Assembly: GCA_964016885.1 (NCBI GenBank)
Contig: OZ024743.1
Span: 143,096,001-143,160,000 of the forward strand
Reading direction: 5' to 3'
Origin: Eledone cirrhosa
Taxonomy: Eukaryota
Length of the DNA stretch: 64,000 bases
Shown here piece after piece: positions 21,830 to 34,100 of this stretch. Below the pieces are notes generated by a model that saw only the letters and a list, made by a program, of their open reading frames with translations, made no database searches and was not told the origin of the DNA. How positions within the stretch are numbered: the stretch's first letter is position 1; each line of letters starts with the position of its first letter. Both the position numbers and the translations under genes were made by a program.

Positions 21830-23655
21830 TTTGGTGTTTGGTGCTAGGGGCTTGGTGCTTGGTGCTTGGTGTTTGGTGCTTGGTGCTTGCTGTTTGGTGT
21901 TTGGTGCTTGGTGCGTGGGACTTTGTGTTTGGTGTTTGGTGCATGGTGTTTGGTGCTTGGTGTTTGGGGCTTGGTGTTCGGTGCTTGGTGCTTGGTGCTT
22001 GGTGCTTGGTGTTTGGTGTTTGGTGCTTGGTGTTTGATGTTGGGTCCTTGGTGCTTGGTGTTTGGTGTTTGGTGCTTGGTGTTTGGTGTTTGGTGCTTGC
22101 TGCTTGCTGCTTGTTGTTTCATTCTTTGTGATTGGTGCTTGGTGCTTGGTGTTTGGTGCTTGGTGCTTGGTGTTTGGTGTTTGGTGCCTGGTGCTTGGTC
22201 TTTGGTGTTTGGTGCTTGGTGTTTGGTGTTTGGTGCTTGGTGTTTGGTGCTGGGTGCTTGGTGCTTGGTGTTTAGTGCTGGGTGCTTGGTGTTTGGTGCT
22301 TGGTGTTTGGTGCTTGGTGCTTGGTGTTTGGTGTTTGATGCTTGGTGTTAGATGCTTGTTGCTTGGTGCTTGTTGTTTTGTGTTTGGTGTTTGGTGCTTG
22401 GTGTATGTACTTGGTGCTTGGTGCTTGGTGTTTGGTGTTGGTTCTTGGTGGTTGGTGATTGGTGCTTGGTGCTTGGTGTTTGGTGCTTGGTGCTTGGTGT
22501 TTGGTACTTGGTGCTTGGTGTTTCGTGCTTGGTGTTTCGTGCTTGGTGCTTGGTGCCTGGTGTTAAGTGTTTGGTGCTTGGTGCTTGGTGTTTGGTGCTT
22601 GCAGCTTGCTGCTTGGTGTTTGGTGCTTGGTGATTGGTGCTTGGTGTTTGGTGCTTGGTGTTTGGTGCTTGTTGTTCGGTGCTTTGTGCTTGGTGCTTTG
22701 TGCTTGGTGTTAGGTGTTTGGTGCTTGGTGCTTGGTGTTTGATGTTTGGTCCTTGGTGCTTGGTGTTTGGTGCTTGGTGCTTGGTGTTTGGTGTTTGGTG
22801 CTTGCTGCTTGCTGCTTGGTGTTTGGTGCTTGGTGATTGGTGCTTGGTGTTTGTTGCTTGGTGCTTGGTGTTTGGTGTTTGGTGCTAGGTGCTTGGTGCT
22901 TGGTGCTTGGTGCTTGGTGCTTGGTGTTTGGTGCTTGGTGATTGGGGCATGGTGTTTGGTGCTTGGTGCTTGGTGCTTGGTGTTTGGTGCTTGGTGTTTG
23001 GTGTTTGGTGTTTGGTGTTTGGTGTTTGGTGCTAGGTGCTTGGTGTTTGGTGCTTGGTGTTTGGTGCTTGGTGCTTTGTGTTTGGTGTTTGGTGCTTGGT
23101 GCTTGGGGCTTGGTGTTTGGTGCTTGGTGCTTGGTTCTTGGTGTTTGGTGTTTGGTGCTTGGTGCTTGGTATCTGGTGTTTGGTGCTTGGTATTTGGTGT
23201 TTGGTGTTTGGTGCTTGGTGCTTGGTGTTTGCTGCTTGGTATTTGGTGTTTGGTGTTTGATGCTTGGTGCTTGCTGCTTGGTGTTTTGTGTTTGGTGCTT
23301 GGTGCTTGGTGCCTGGTGCTTGGTGCTTGGTGCTTGTTGATTGGTGCTTGGTGATCAGTGTTTGGTGCTTGGTGCTTGCGGTTTGGTGTTTGGTGCTTGG
23401 GGTTTGTTATTCGGTGCTTGGTGCTAGGTGTTTTCTGCTTGGTGCTTGGTGCTTGGTGTTTGGTGCTTGGTGCTTGGTGTTTGGTGCTTGGTGCTTGGTG
23501 TTTGGTGCTTGGTGTTTGGTGCTTGGTGCTTGGTGCTTGGTGGTTTGTGCTTGGTGTTAGGTGTTTGGTGCTTGGTGCTTGGTGTTTGATGTTTGGTCCT
23601 TGGTGCTTGGTGTTTGGTGTTTGGTGCTTGGTGCTTGGTGTTTGGTGTTTGGTGC
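20280..23655. repeat. 1895-bp-offset duplication (also ~7190-8030 vs ~9085-9920)
   Basis: ORF offsets 7360/9255, 7642/9537, 20457/22352, 21369/23264, 21666/23561; shared markers GTTAGATGC, TTGCAGC, GGGGCATGG. Confidence 0.85.
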
Positions 23656-24500
23656 TTGGTGCTTGCTGCTTGGTGTTTGGTGCTTGGTGATTGGTGCTTG
23701 GTGTTTGGTGCTTGGTGCTTGGTGTTTGGTGTTTGGTGCTAGGGGCTTGGTGCTTGGTGCTTGGTGCTTGGTGCTTGGTGTTTGGTGCTTGGTGATTGGG
23801 GCATGGTGTTTGGTGCTTGGTGCTTGGTGCTTGGTGTTTGGTGCTTGGTGTTTGGTGTTTGGTGTTTGGTGTTTGGTGTTTGGTGCTAGGTGCTTGGTGT
23901 TTGGTGCTTGGTGTTTGGTGCTTGGTGCTTTGTGTTTGGTGTTTGGTGCTTGGTGCTTGGGGCTTGGTGTTTGGTGCTTGGTGCTTGGTTCTTGGTGTTT
24001 GGTGTTTGGTGCTTGGTGCTTGGTATCTGGTGTTTGGTGCTTGGTATTTGGTGTTTGGTGTTTGGTGCTTGGTGCTTGGTGTTTGCTGCTTGGTATTTGG
24101 TGTTTGGTGTTTGATGCTTGGTGCTTGCTGCTTGGTGTTTTGTGTTTGGTGCTTGGTGCTTGGTGCCTGGTGCTTGGTGCTTGGTGCTTGTTGATTGGTG
24201 CTTGGTGATCAGTGTTTGGTGCTTGGTGCTTGCGGTTTGGTGTTTGGTGCTTGGGGTTTGTTATTCGGTGCTTGGTGCTAGGTGTTTTCTGCTTGGTGCT
24301 TGGTGCTTGGTGTTTGGTGCTTGGTGCTTGGTGTTTGGTGCTTGGTGCTTGGTGTTTGGTGCTTGGTGTTTGGTGCTTGGTGCTTGGTGCTTGGTGGTTT
24401 GTGCTTGGTGTTAGGTGTTTGGTGCTTGGTGCTTGGTGTTTGATGTTTGGTCCTTGGTGCTTGGTGTTTGGTGTTTGGTGCTTGGTGCTTGGTGTTTGGT
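22830..24500. repeat. Tandem duplication, period 854 bp (122 monomers)
   Basis: ORF offsets 22942/23796, 23036/23890, 23264/24118; both copies share the private variant TTGTTATTCGG (~23404, ~24258). Confidence 0.9.
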
Positions 24501-27049
24501 GTTTGGTGCTTGCTGCTTGGTGCTTGGTGTTTGGTGCTTGGTGATTGTGGCTTGGTGTTTTGTGCTTGGTGCTTGGTGTTTGGTGTTTGGTGCTAGGGGC
24601 TTGGTGCTTGGTGCTTGGTGTTTGGTGCTTGGTGCTTGCTGTTTGGTGTTTGGTGCTTGGTGCGTGGGACTTTGTGTTTGGTGTTTGGTGCATGGTGTTT
24701 GGTGCTTGGTGTTTGGGGCTTGGTGTTCGGTGCTTGGTGCTTGGTGCTTGGTGCTTGGTGTTTGGTGTTTGGTGCTTGCTGCTTGCTGCTTGTTGTTTCA
24801 TTCTTTGTGATTGGTGCTTGGTGCTTGGTGTTTGGTGCTTGGTGCTTGGTGTTTGGTGTTTGGTGCTTGCTGCTTGGGGCTTGGTGTTTGTTGCTTGGTG
24901 CTTGGTGCTTGGTGTTTGGTGTTTGGTGTTTGGTGCTTGGTGTTTGATGCTTGGTGCTTGGTGCTGGGTGGTTGGTGTTTGGTGCTTGGTGCTTGGTGTT
25001 TGGTGCTTGGTGCTTGGTGCTTGTTGTTTGGTGCTTGGTGCTTGGTGCTTGGTCTTTGGTGCTTGGTGTTTGGTGCTTGGTGCTTGGTGTTTGGTGCTTG
25101 GTGCTTGGTGATTAGTGTTTGTTGCTTGGTGCTTGGGGTTTGGTGGTTGGTGCTTGGTGTTTGGTGTTTGCTGTTTGGTGTCTGCTTTTCGGTGTTTGGT
25201 GTTTGCTGTATGGTGTTTGCTGTTTCGTATTTGGTTTTTGCTGTTTGGTGTTTGGTGATTGCTGATTGGTGTTTGGTGTTTGGTGTTTGGTGCTTGGTGC
25301 TTGGTGCTTGGTGTTTGGCGTTTGTTGCTTGGTGCTTGGTGTTTTGTGCTTGGTGCTTGGTTTTTGGTGCTTGGTGTCTGGTGTTTGGTGCTTGGTGTTT
25401 GGTGCTTGGTGCTTGGTGCTTGGTGTTTGGTGTTTGGTGGTTGGTGCTTGGTGTTTGGTGTTTGGTGCTGGGTGCTTGGAGTTTGGTGCTTGGTGCTTGG
25501 TGCTTAGTGCTTGGTGTTTGGTGTTTGGTGCTTGGTGTTTGGTGTTTGGTGTTTGATGCTTGGTGTGTACTGCTTGGTGCTTGGTGCTTGGTGTTTGGTG
25601 TTTGGTGCTTGGTGCTTTGTGCCTGGTTCTTGGTGCTTGGTGGTTGTTGTTTGGTGCTTGGTGCTTGGTGATTAGTGTTTGGTGCTTGGTGCTTGGGGTT
25701 TGCTGTTTGGTGCTTGGTGCTTGGTGTTTTGTGCTTGGTGCTTGGTGTCTGGTGTTTGGTGTTTGGTGTTTGGTGCTTGGTGCTTGGTGTTTGGTCCTTG
25801 GTGCTTGGTACTTGGTCTTTGGTGTTTGGTGCTTGGTGTTTGGTGTTTGGTGCTTGGTGTTTGGTGCTGGGTGCTTGGTGCTTGGTGTTTGGTGCTGGGT
25901 GCTTGGTGTTTGGTGCTTGGTGTTTGGTGCTTGGTGCTTGGTGTTTGGTGTTTGATGCTTGGTGTTAGATGCTTGTTGCTTGGTGCTTGTTGTTTTGTGT
26001 TTGGTGTTTGGTGCTTGGTGTATGTACTTGGTGCTTGGTGCTTGGTGTTTGGTGTTGGTTCTTGGTGGTTGGTGATTGGTGCTTGGTGCTTGGTGTTTGG
26101 TGCTTGGTGCTTGGTGTTTGGTACTTGGTGCTTGGTGTTTGGTGTTTGGTGCTTGGTGTTTCGTGCTTGGTGCTTGGTGCCTGGTGTTAAGTGTTTGGTG
26201 CTTGGTGCTTGGTGTTTGGTGCTTGCAGCTTGCTGCTTGGTGTTTGGTGCTTGGTGATTGGTGCTTGGTGTTCGGTGCTTGGTGCTTGGTGCTTGGTGCT
26301 TGGTGTTAGGTGTTTGGTGCTTGGTGCTTGGTGTTTGATGTTTGGTCCTTGGTGCTTGGTGTTTGGTGCTTGGTGCTTGGTGTTTGGTGTTTGGTGCTTG
26401 CTGCTTGCTGCTTGGTGTTTGGTGCTTGGTGATTGGTGCTTGGTGTTTGGTGCTTGGTGCTTGGTGTTTGGTGTTTGGTGCTAGGTGCTTGGTGCTTGGT
26501 GCTTGGTGCTTGGTGCTTGGTGTTTGGTGCTTGGTGATTGGGGCATGGTGTTTGGTGCTTGGTGCTTGTTGCTTGGTGTTTGGTGCTTGGTGTTTGGTGT
26601 TTGGTGTTTGGTGTTTGGTGTTTGGTGCTAGGTGCTTGGTGTTTGGTGCTTGGTGTTTGGTGCTTGGTGCTTTGTGTTTGGTGTTTGGTGCTTGGTGCTT
26701 GGGGCTTGGTGTTTGGTGCTTGGTGCTTGGTGTTTGGTGTTTGGTGCTTGGTGCTTGGTATCTGGTGTTTGGTGCTTGGTATTTGGTGTTTGGTGTTTGG
26801 TGCTTGGTGCTTGGTGTTTGCTGCTTGGTATTTGGTGTTTGGTGTTTGATGCTTGGTGCTTGCTGCTTGGTGTTTTGTGTTTGGTGCTTGGTGCTTGGTG
26901 CCTGGTGCTTGGTGCTTGGTGCTTGTTGATTGGTGCTTGGTGCTTGGTGATCAGTGTTTGGTGCTTGGTGCTTGCGGTTTGGTGTTTGGTGCTTGGGGTT
27001 TGTTGTTCGGTGCTTGGTGCTTGGTGTTTTCTGCTTGGTGCTTGGTGCT

Positions 27050-28125
27050 TGGTGTTTGGTGCTTGGTGCTTGGTGTTTGGTGCTTGGTGCTTGGTGTTTG
27101 GTGCTTGGTGTTTTGTGCTTGGTGCTTGGTGCTTGGTGGTTTGTGCTTGGTGTTAGGTGTTTGGTGCTTGGTGCTTGGTGTTTGATGTTTGGTCCTTGGT
27201 GCTTGGTGTTTGGTGTTTGGTGCTTGGTGCTTGGTGTTTGGTGTTTGGTGCTTGCTGCTTGGTGCTTGGTGTTTGGTGCTTGGTGATTTATGTTTGGTGT
27301 TTTGTGCTTGGAGTTTGGTGTTTGGTGCTTGGTGTTTGGTGCTTCGGTCTTGGTGCTTGGTGGTTGGTGCTTGGTGCTTGGTGTTTGGTGCTTGGTGCCT
27401 GGTGCTTGGTGTTTGGTGCTCGGTGCTTGGTGTTTGGTGATTGGTGCTTGGTGTTTGGTGCTTGGTTCTTGGTGCTTGGTGTTTGATGTTTGGTCCTTAG
27501 TGCTTGGTGTTTGGTGTTTGGTGCTTGGTGCTTGGTGTTTGGTGTTTGGTGCTTGCTACTTGCTGCTTGGTTTTTGGTGCTTGGTGATTGGTGTTTGGTG
27601 TTTTGTGCTTGGTGCTTGGTGCTTGGTGTTTGGTGCTTGGTGCTTGGTGTTTGGTGCTTCGTGTTTTGTGCTTGGTGCTTGGTGCTTGGTGGTTTGTGCT
27701 TGGTGTTAGGTGTTTGGTGCTTGGTGCTTGGTGTTTGATGTTTGGTCCTTGGTGCTTGGTGTTTGGTGTTTGGTGCTTGGTGCTTGGTGTTTGCTGTTTG
27801 GTGCTTGCTGCTTGGTGCTTGGTGTTTGGTGCTTGGTGATTTATGTTTGGTGTTTTGTGCTTGGAGTTTGGTGTTTGGTGCTTGGTGTTTGGTGCTTCGG
27901 TCTTGGTGCTTGGTGGTTGGTGCTTGGTGCTTGGTGTTTGGTGCTTGGTGCCTGGTGCTTGGTGTTTGGTGCTCGGTGCTTGGTGTTTGGTGATTGGTGC
28001 TTGGTGTTTGGTGCTTGGTTCTTGGTGCTTGGTGTTTGATGTTTGGTCCTTAGTGCTTGGTGTTTGGTGTTTGGTGCTTGGTGCTTGGTGTTTGGTGTTT
28101 GGTGCTTGCTACTTGCTGCTTGGTG
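27050..28125. repeat. Tandem duplication, period 553 bp (79 monomers)
   Basis: ORF offsets 27157/27710, 27189/27742, 27290/27843; marker GATTTATG at ~27285 and ~27838. Confidence 0.9.
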
Positions 28126-31100
28126 TTTGGTGCTTGGTGCTTGGTGTTTGGTGTTTGGTGCTTGGTGCGTGGGACTTAGTCTTTGGTCTTTGGTTCTTGG
28201 TGTTTGGTGCTTGGTGTTTGGGGCTTGGTGTTCGGTGCTTGGTGCTTGGTGTTTGGTGTTTGGTGCTTGGTGCTTGGTGTTTGATGTTGGGTCCTTGGTG
28301 CTTGGTGTTTGGTGTTTGGTGCTTGGTGTTTGGTGTTTGGTGATTGCTGCTTGCTGCTTGTTGTTTCGTTCTTTGTTATTGGTGCTTGGTGCTTGGTGCT
28401 TGGTGCTTGGTGCTTGGTGTTTGGTGTTTGGTGCTTGGTGTTTGGTGCTTGGTGCTTGGTGCTTGTTGTTTGGTTCTTAGTGTTGGTGCTTGGTCTTTGG
28501 TGCTTGGTGCTTGGTGTTTGGTGCTTGGTATTTGGTGTTTGGTGCTTGGTGCTTGGTGCTTGGTGTTTGGTGTTTGGTGCTTGGTGCTTGGTGTTTGGTG
28601 TTTGGTGCTGGGTTCTTGGAGTTTGGTGCTTGGTGCTTAGTGCTTGGTGTTTGGTGTTTGGTGCTTGGTGTTTGGTGTTTGGTGTTTGATGCTTGGTGTG
28701 TGCTGATTGGTGCTTGGTGCTTGGTGTTTTGTGTTTGGAGCTTGGTGCCTGGTGCTTGGTGCTTGGTGCTTGTTGTTTGGTGCTTGGTGCTTGGTGATTA
28801 GTGTTTGGTGCTTGGTGCTTGGGGTTTGCTGTTTCGTGCTTGGTGCTTGGTGTTTGGTGCTTGGTGCTTGGTGTTTGGTGGTTGGTGTTTGGTGCTTGGT
28901 GTCTGGTGTTTGGTGTTTGCTGTTTGGTGCTTGGTGCTTGGTGTTTGGGTTTTGGTGCTTGGTGCTTGGTGTTTGGTGTTTGGTGCTTGGTGTTTGGTGT
29001 TTGGTGCTTGGTGTTTGGTGCTTGGTGTTTGGTGCTTGGTGCTTGGTGTTTAGTGTTTGGTGTTTGATGCTTGGTGTTTGATGCTTGTTGCTTGGTGCTT
29101 GGTGTTTTGTGTTTGGTGTTTGGTGCTTGGTGTTTGTACTTGGTGTTTGGTGCTTGGTGTTTGGTGCTTGGTGCTTGGTGTTTGGTGCTGGTTGCTTGGT
29201 GTTTGGTGCTTGGTGCTTGGTGCTTGGTGCTTGGTGTTTAGTGTTTGATGCTTGGTGTTTGATGCTTGTTGCTTGGTGCTTGGGCTTTTGTGTTTGGTGT
29301 TTGGTGCTTGGTGTATGTACTTGGTGCTTGGTGCTTGGTGTTTGGTGCTTGGTTCTTGGTGTTTGGTGATTGGTGCTTGGTGTTTGGTGCTTGGTGCTTG
29401 GTGCTTGGTGTTAAGTGTTTGGTGCATGGTGCTTGCTGTTTGGTGCTTGGTGCCTGGTACTTGGTGTTTGGTGTTTGGTGCTTGGTGTTTGGTGCTTGGT
29501 GTTTGGTGCTTGGTGCTTGGTGTTTGGTTCTTGGTGTTTGGTGCTTGGTGTTCGGTGCTTGGTGCTTGGTGCTTGGTGCTTGGGGTTAGGTGTTTGGTAC
29601 TTGGTGCTTGGTGTTTGATGTTTGGTCCTTGGTGCTTGGTGTTTGGTGCTTGGTGCTTGGTGTTTGGTGTTTGGTGCTTGCTGCTTGCTGCTTGGTGTTT
29701 GGTGCTTGGTGATTGGTGCTTGGTGTTTGGTGCTTGGTGCTTGGTGTTTTGTGTTTGGTGCTAGGTGCTTGGTGCATGGTGCTTGGTGTTTGGTGCTTGG
29801 TGCTTGCTGTTTAGTGTTTGGTGCTTGGTGCTTGGGGCTTGGTGTTTGGTGCTTGGTGCTTGGTGTTTGGTGCTTGGTGCTTGGTGCTTGGTGTTTGGTG
29901 TTTGGTGCTTGGTGTTTGGTGCTTGGTGCTTGGTGCTGGGTGTTTGGTGTTTGGTGCTTGGTGCTTGGTGTTTGGTGCTTGGTGCTTGGTGCTTATTGTT
30001 TGGTGCTTGGTGCTTGGTGCTTGGTGCTTGGTGCTTGGTGCTTCGTCTTTGGTGCTTGGTGTTTGGTGTTTGGTGCTTGGTGTTTGGGGCTTGGTGCATG
30101 GTGCTTGGTGCTTGGTGCTTGGTGCTTGGTGCTTGGTGTTTGGTGCTTGGTGCTTGGTGTTTGGTGCTTGGTGCTTGGTGTTTGGTGCTTGGTGTTTGGT
30201 GCTTGGTTCTTGGTGCTTGGTGTTAGGTGTTTGGTACTTGGTGCTTGGTGTTTGATGTTTGGTCCTTGGTGCTTGGTGTTTGGTGTTTGGTGCTTGGTGT
30301 TTGGTGTTTGGTGCTTGCTGCTTGCTGCTTGTTGTTTCGTTCTTTGTGATTGGTGCTTGGTGCTTGGTGTTTGGTGCTTGGGGCTTGGTGTTTGGTTCTT
30401 GGTACTTGGTGCTTGATGCTTGGTGTTTGGTGCTTGGTGCTTGGTGCTTGGTGTTTGGTGATTGGTGCTTGGTGATTAGTGTTTGTTGCTTGGTGCTTGG
30501 GGTTTGGTGGTTGGTGCTTGATGCTTGGTGTTTGGTGTTTGGTGCTTGGTGTTTGGTGTTTGCTGTTTGGTGTCTGCTTTTTGGTGTTTGGTGTTTGCTG
30601 TATGGTGTTTGCTGTTTCGTATTTGGTTTTTGCTGTTTGGTGTTTGGTGTTTGCTGTTTGGTGTTTGGTGCTTGCTGTTTGGTGCTTGGTGCTTGGTGCT
30701 TGGTGCTTGGTGTTTGGCGTTTGGTGCTTGGTGCTTGGTGTTTGGTGCTTGGTGCATGGTGTTTGGTGTTTGCTGCTTGGTGCCTGGTGCTTGTTGTTTG
30801 GTGTTTGGTGCTTGGTGCTTGGTGTTTGGTGCTTGGTGTTTGGTGTTTGGTGCTTGGTATTTGGTGTTTGGTGCTTGGTGCTTGGTGCTTGGTGTTTGGT
30901 GTTTGGTGCTTGGTGCTTGGTGTTTGGTGTTTGGTGCTGGGTTCTTGGAGATTGGTGCTTGGTGCTTAGTGCTTGGTGTTTGGTGTTTGGTGCTTGGTGT
31001 TTGGTGTTTGGTGTTTGATGCTTGGTATGTGCTGATTGGTGCTTGGTGCTTGGTGTTTTGTGTTTGGTGCTTTGAGCTTGGTGCCTGGTGCTTGGTGCTT

Positions 31101-34100
31101 GGTGCTTGTTGTTTGGTGGTTGGTGCTTGGTGATTAGTGTTTGGTGCTTAGTGCTTGGGGTTTGCTGTTTCGTGCTTGGTGCTTGGTGTTTGGTGCTTGG
31201 TGCTTGGTGTTTGGTGATTGGTGTTTGGTGCTTGGTGCTTGGTGTTTGGTGTTTGGTGTTTGGTGCTTGGTGTTTGATGCTTGGTGCTTGGTGCTTGGTG
31301 TTTGGTGCTTGGTGCTTGGTGCTTGTTGTTTGGTGCTTGGTGCTTGGTGTTTGGTGTTTGGTGCTTGGTGCTTGGTGTTTGGTGTTTGGTGCTTGCTACT
31401 TGCTGCTTGGTGTTTGGTGCTTGGTGCTTGGTGTTTGGTGTTTGGTGCTTGGTGCGTGGGACTTAGTGTTTGGTCTTTGGTGCTTGGTGTTTGGTGCTTG
31501 GTGTTTGGGGCTTGGTGTTCGGTGCTTGGTGCTTGGTGTTTGGTGTTTGGTGCTTGGTGCTTGGTGTTTGATGTTGGGTCCTTGGTGCTTGGTGTTTGGT
31601 GTTTGGTGCTTGGTGTTTGGTGTTTGGTGATTGCTGCTTGCTGCTTGTTGTTTCGTTCTTTGTTATTGGTGCTTGGTGCTTGGTGCTTGGTGCTTGGTGC
31701 TTGGTGTTTGGTGTTTGGTGCTTGGTGTTTGGTGCTTGGTGCTTGGTGCTTGTTGTTTGGTTCTTAGTGTTGGTGCTTGGTCTTTGGTGCTTGGTGCTTG
31801 GTGTTTGGTGCTTGGTATTTGGTGTTTGGTGCTTGGTGCTTGGTGCTTGGTGTTTGGTGTTTGGTGCTTGGTGCTTGGTGTTTGGTGTTTGGTGCTGGGT
31901 TCTTGGAGCTTGGTGCTTGGTGCTTAGTGCTTGGTGTTTGGTGTTTGGTGCTTGGTGTTTGGTGTTTGGTGTTTGATGCTTGGTGTGTGCTGATTGGTGC
32001 TTGGTGCTTGGTGTTTTGTGTTTGGAGCTTGGTGCCTGGTGCTTGGTGCTTGGTGCTTGTTGTTTGGTGCTTGGTGCTTGGTGATTAGTGTTTGGTGCTT
32101 GGTGCTTGGGGTTTGCTGTTTCGTGCTTGGTGCTTGGTGTTTGGTGCTTGGTGCTTGGTGTTTGGTGGTTGGTGTTTGGTGCTTGGTGTCTGGTGTTTGG
32201 TGTTTGCTGTTTGGTGCTTGGTGCTTGGTGTTTGGGTTTTGGTGCTTGGTGCTTGGTGTTTGGTGTTTGGTGCTTGGTGTTTGGTGTTTGGTGCTTGGTG
32301 TTTGGTGCTTGGTGTTTGGTGCTTGGTGCTTGGTGTTTAGTGTTTGGTGTTTGATGCTTGGTGTTTGATGCTTGTTGCTTGGTGCTTGGTGTTTTGTGTT
32401 TGGTGTTTGGTGCTTGGTGTTTGTACTTGGTGTTTGGTGCTTGGTGTTTGGTGCTTGGTGCTTGGTGTTTGGTGCTGGTTGCTTGGTGTTTGGTGCTTGG
32501 TGCTTGGTGCTTGGTGCTTGGTGTTTAGTGTTTGATGCTTGGTGTTTGATGCTTGTTGCTTGGTGCTTGGGCTTTTGTGTTTGGTGTTTGGTGCTTGGTG
32601 TATGTACTTGGTGCTTGGTGCTTGGTGTTTGGTGCTTGGTTCTTGGTGTTTGGTGATTGGTGCTTGGTGTTTGGTGCTTGGTGCTTGGTGTTTGGTGCTT
32701 GGTGTTTGGTGCTTGGTTCTTGGTGCTTGGTGTTAGGTGTTTGGTACTTGGTGCTTGGTGTTTGATGTTTGGTCCTTGGTGCTTGGTGTTTGGTGTTTGG
32801 TGCTTGGTGTTTGGTGTTTGGTGCTTGCTGCTTGCTGCTTGTTGTTTCGTTCTTTGTGATTGGTGCTTGGTGCTTGGTGTTTGGTGCTTGGGGCTTGGTG
32901 TTTGGTTCTTGGTACTTGGTGCTTGATGCTTGGTGTTTGGTGCTTGGTGCTTGGTGCTTGGTGTTTGGTGATTGGTGCTTGGTGATTAGTGTTTGTTGCT
33001 TGGTGCTTGGGGTTTGGTGGTTGGTGCTTGATGCTTGGTGTTTGGTGTTTGGTGCTTGGTGTTTGGTGTTTGCTGTTTGGTGTCTGCTTTTTGGTGTTTG
33101 GTGTTTGCTGTATGGTGTTTGCTGTTTCGTATTTGGTTTTTGCTGTTTGGTGTTTGGTGTTTGCTGTTTGGTGTTTGGTGCTTGCTGTTTGGTGCTTGGT
33201 GCTTGGTGCTTGGTGCTTGGTGTTTGGCGTTTGGTGCTTGGTGCTTGGTGTTTGGTGCTTGGTGCATGGTGTTTGGTGTTTGCTGCTTGGTGCCTGGTGC
33301 TTGTTGTTTGGTGTTTGGTGCTTGGTGCTTGGTGTTTGGTGCTTGGTGTTTGGTGTTTGGTGCTTGGTATTTGGTGTTTGGTGCTTGGTGCTTGGTGCTT
33401 GGTGTTTGGTGTTTGGTGCTTGGTGCTTGGTGTTTGGTGTTTGGTGCTGGGTTCTTGGAGATTGGTGCTTGGTGCTTAGTGCTTGGTGTTTGGTGTTTGG
33501 TGCTTGGTGTTTGGTGTTTGGTGTTTGATGCTTGGTATGTGCTGATTGGTGCTTGGTGCTTGGTGTTTTGTGTTTGGTGCTTTGAGCTTGGTGCCTGGTG
33601 CTTGGTGCTTGGTGCTTGTTGTTTGGTGGTTGGTGCTTGGTGATTAGTGTTTGGTGCTTAGTGCTTGGGGTTTGCTGTTTCGTGCTTGGTGCTTGGTGTT
33701 TGGTGCTTGGTGCTTGGTGTTTGGTGATTGGTGTTTGGTGCTTGGTGCTTGGTGTTTGGTGTTTGGTGTTTGGTGCTTGGTGTTTGATGCTTGGTGCTTG
33801 GTGCTTGGTGTTTGGTGCTTGGTGCTTGGTGCTTGTTGTTTGGTGCTTGGTGCTTGGTGTTTGGTGTTTGGTGCTTGGTGCTTGGTGTTTGGTGTTTGGT
33901 GCTTGCTACTTGCTGCTTGGTGTTTGGTGCTTGGTGCTTGGTGTTTGGTGTTTGGTGCTTGGTGCGTGGGACTTAGTGTTTGGTCTTTGGTGCTTGGTGT
34001 TTGGTGCTTGGTGTTTGGGGCTTGGTGTTCGGTGCTTGGTGCTTGGTGTTTGGTGTTTGGTGCTTGGTGCTTGGTGTTTGATGTTGGGTCCTTGGTGCTT

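Larger units (their letters stand above)
1..23020. repeat. Two copies of a ~7.3 kb higher-order unit, each lengthened by its own internal duplication (10115 = 7307+2808; 13097 = 7314+5783); junction ~9925
   Basis: Position 1 matches 10116 (GCTGGGTGCTTGGAGTTTGG); ORF offsets 10115 (153/10268), 7314 (5104/12418) and 13097 (5812/18909, 8747/21844, 9649/22746). Confidence 0.82.
1..25030. repeat. Satellite subdomain A (very homogeneous higher-order repeats)
   Basis: Private markers: TTCAGTC (~3003, 5811, 13125, 18908), CTCTGTGATTGTGGC (~3240, 6048, 13362, 19145), GCGTGGGACTTTG (~3365, 6173, 8817, 13487, 19270, 21913, 24662), TTTCATTCTTTG (~9020, 22117, 24796). Boundary approximate. Confidence 0.8.

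Noticed and set aside
18909-21944. Long minus-strand mucin-like or CTD-like ORFs (1011, 551, 500, 457, 414 aa) as CDS
   Set aside because: DNA periodicity is 7 rather than a multiple of 3, there is no non-repetitive domain or flanking gene context, and the lengths are plausible by chance; not annotated as genes.
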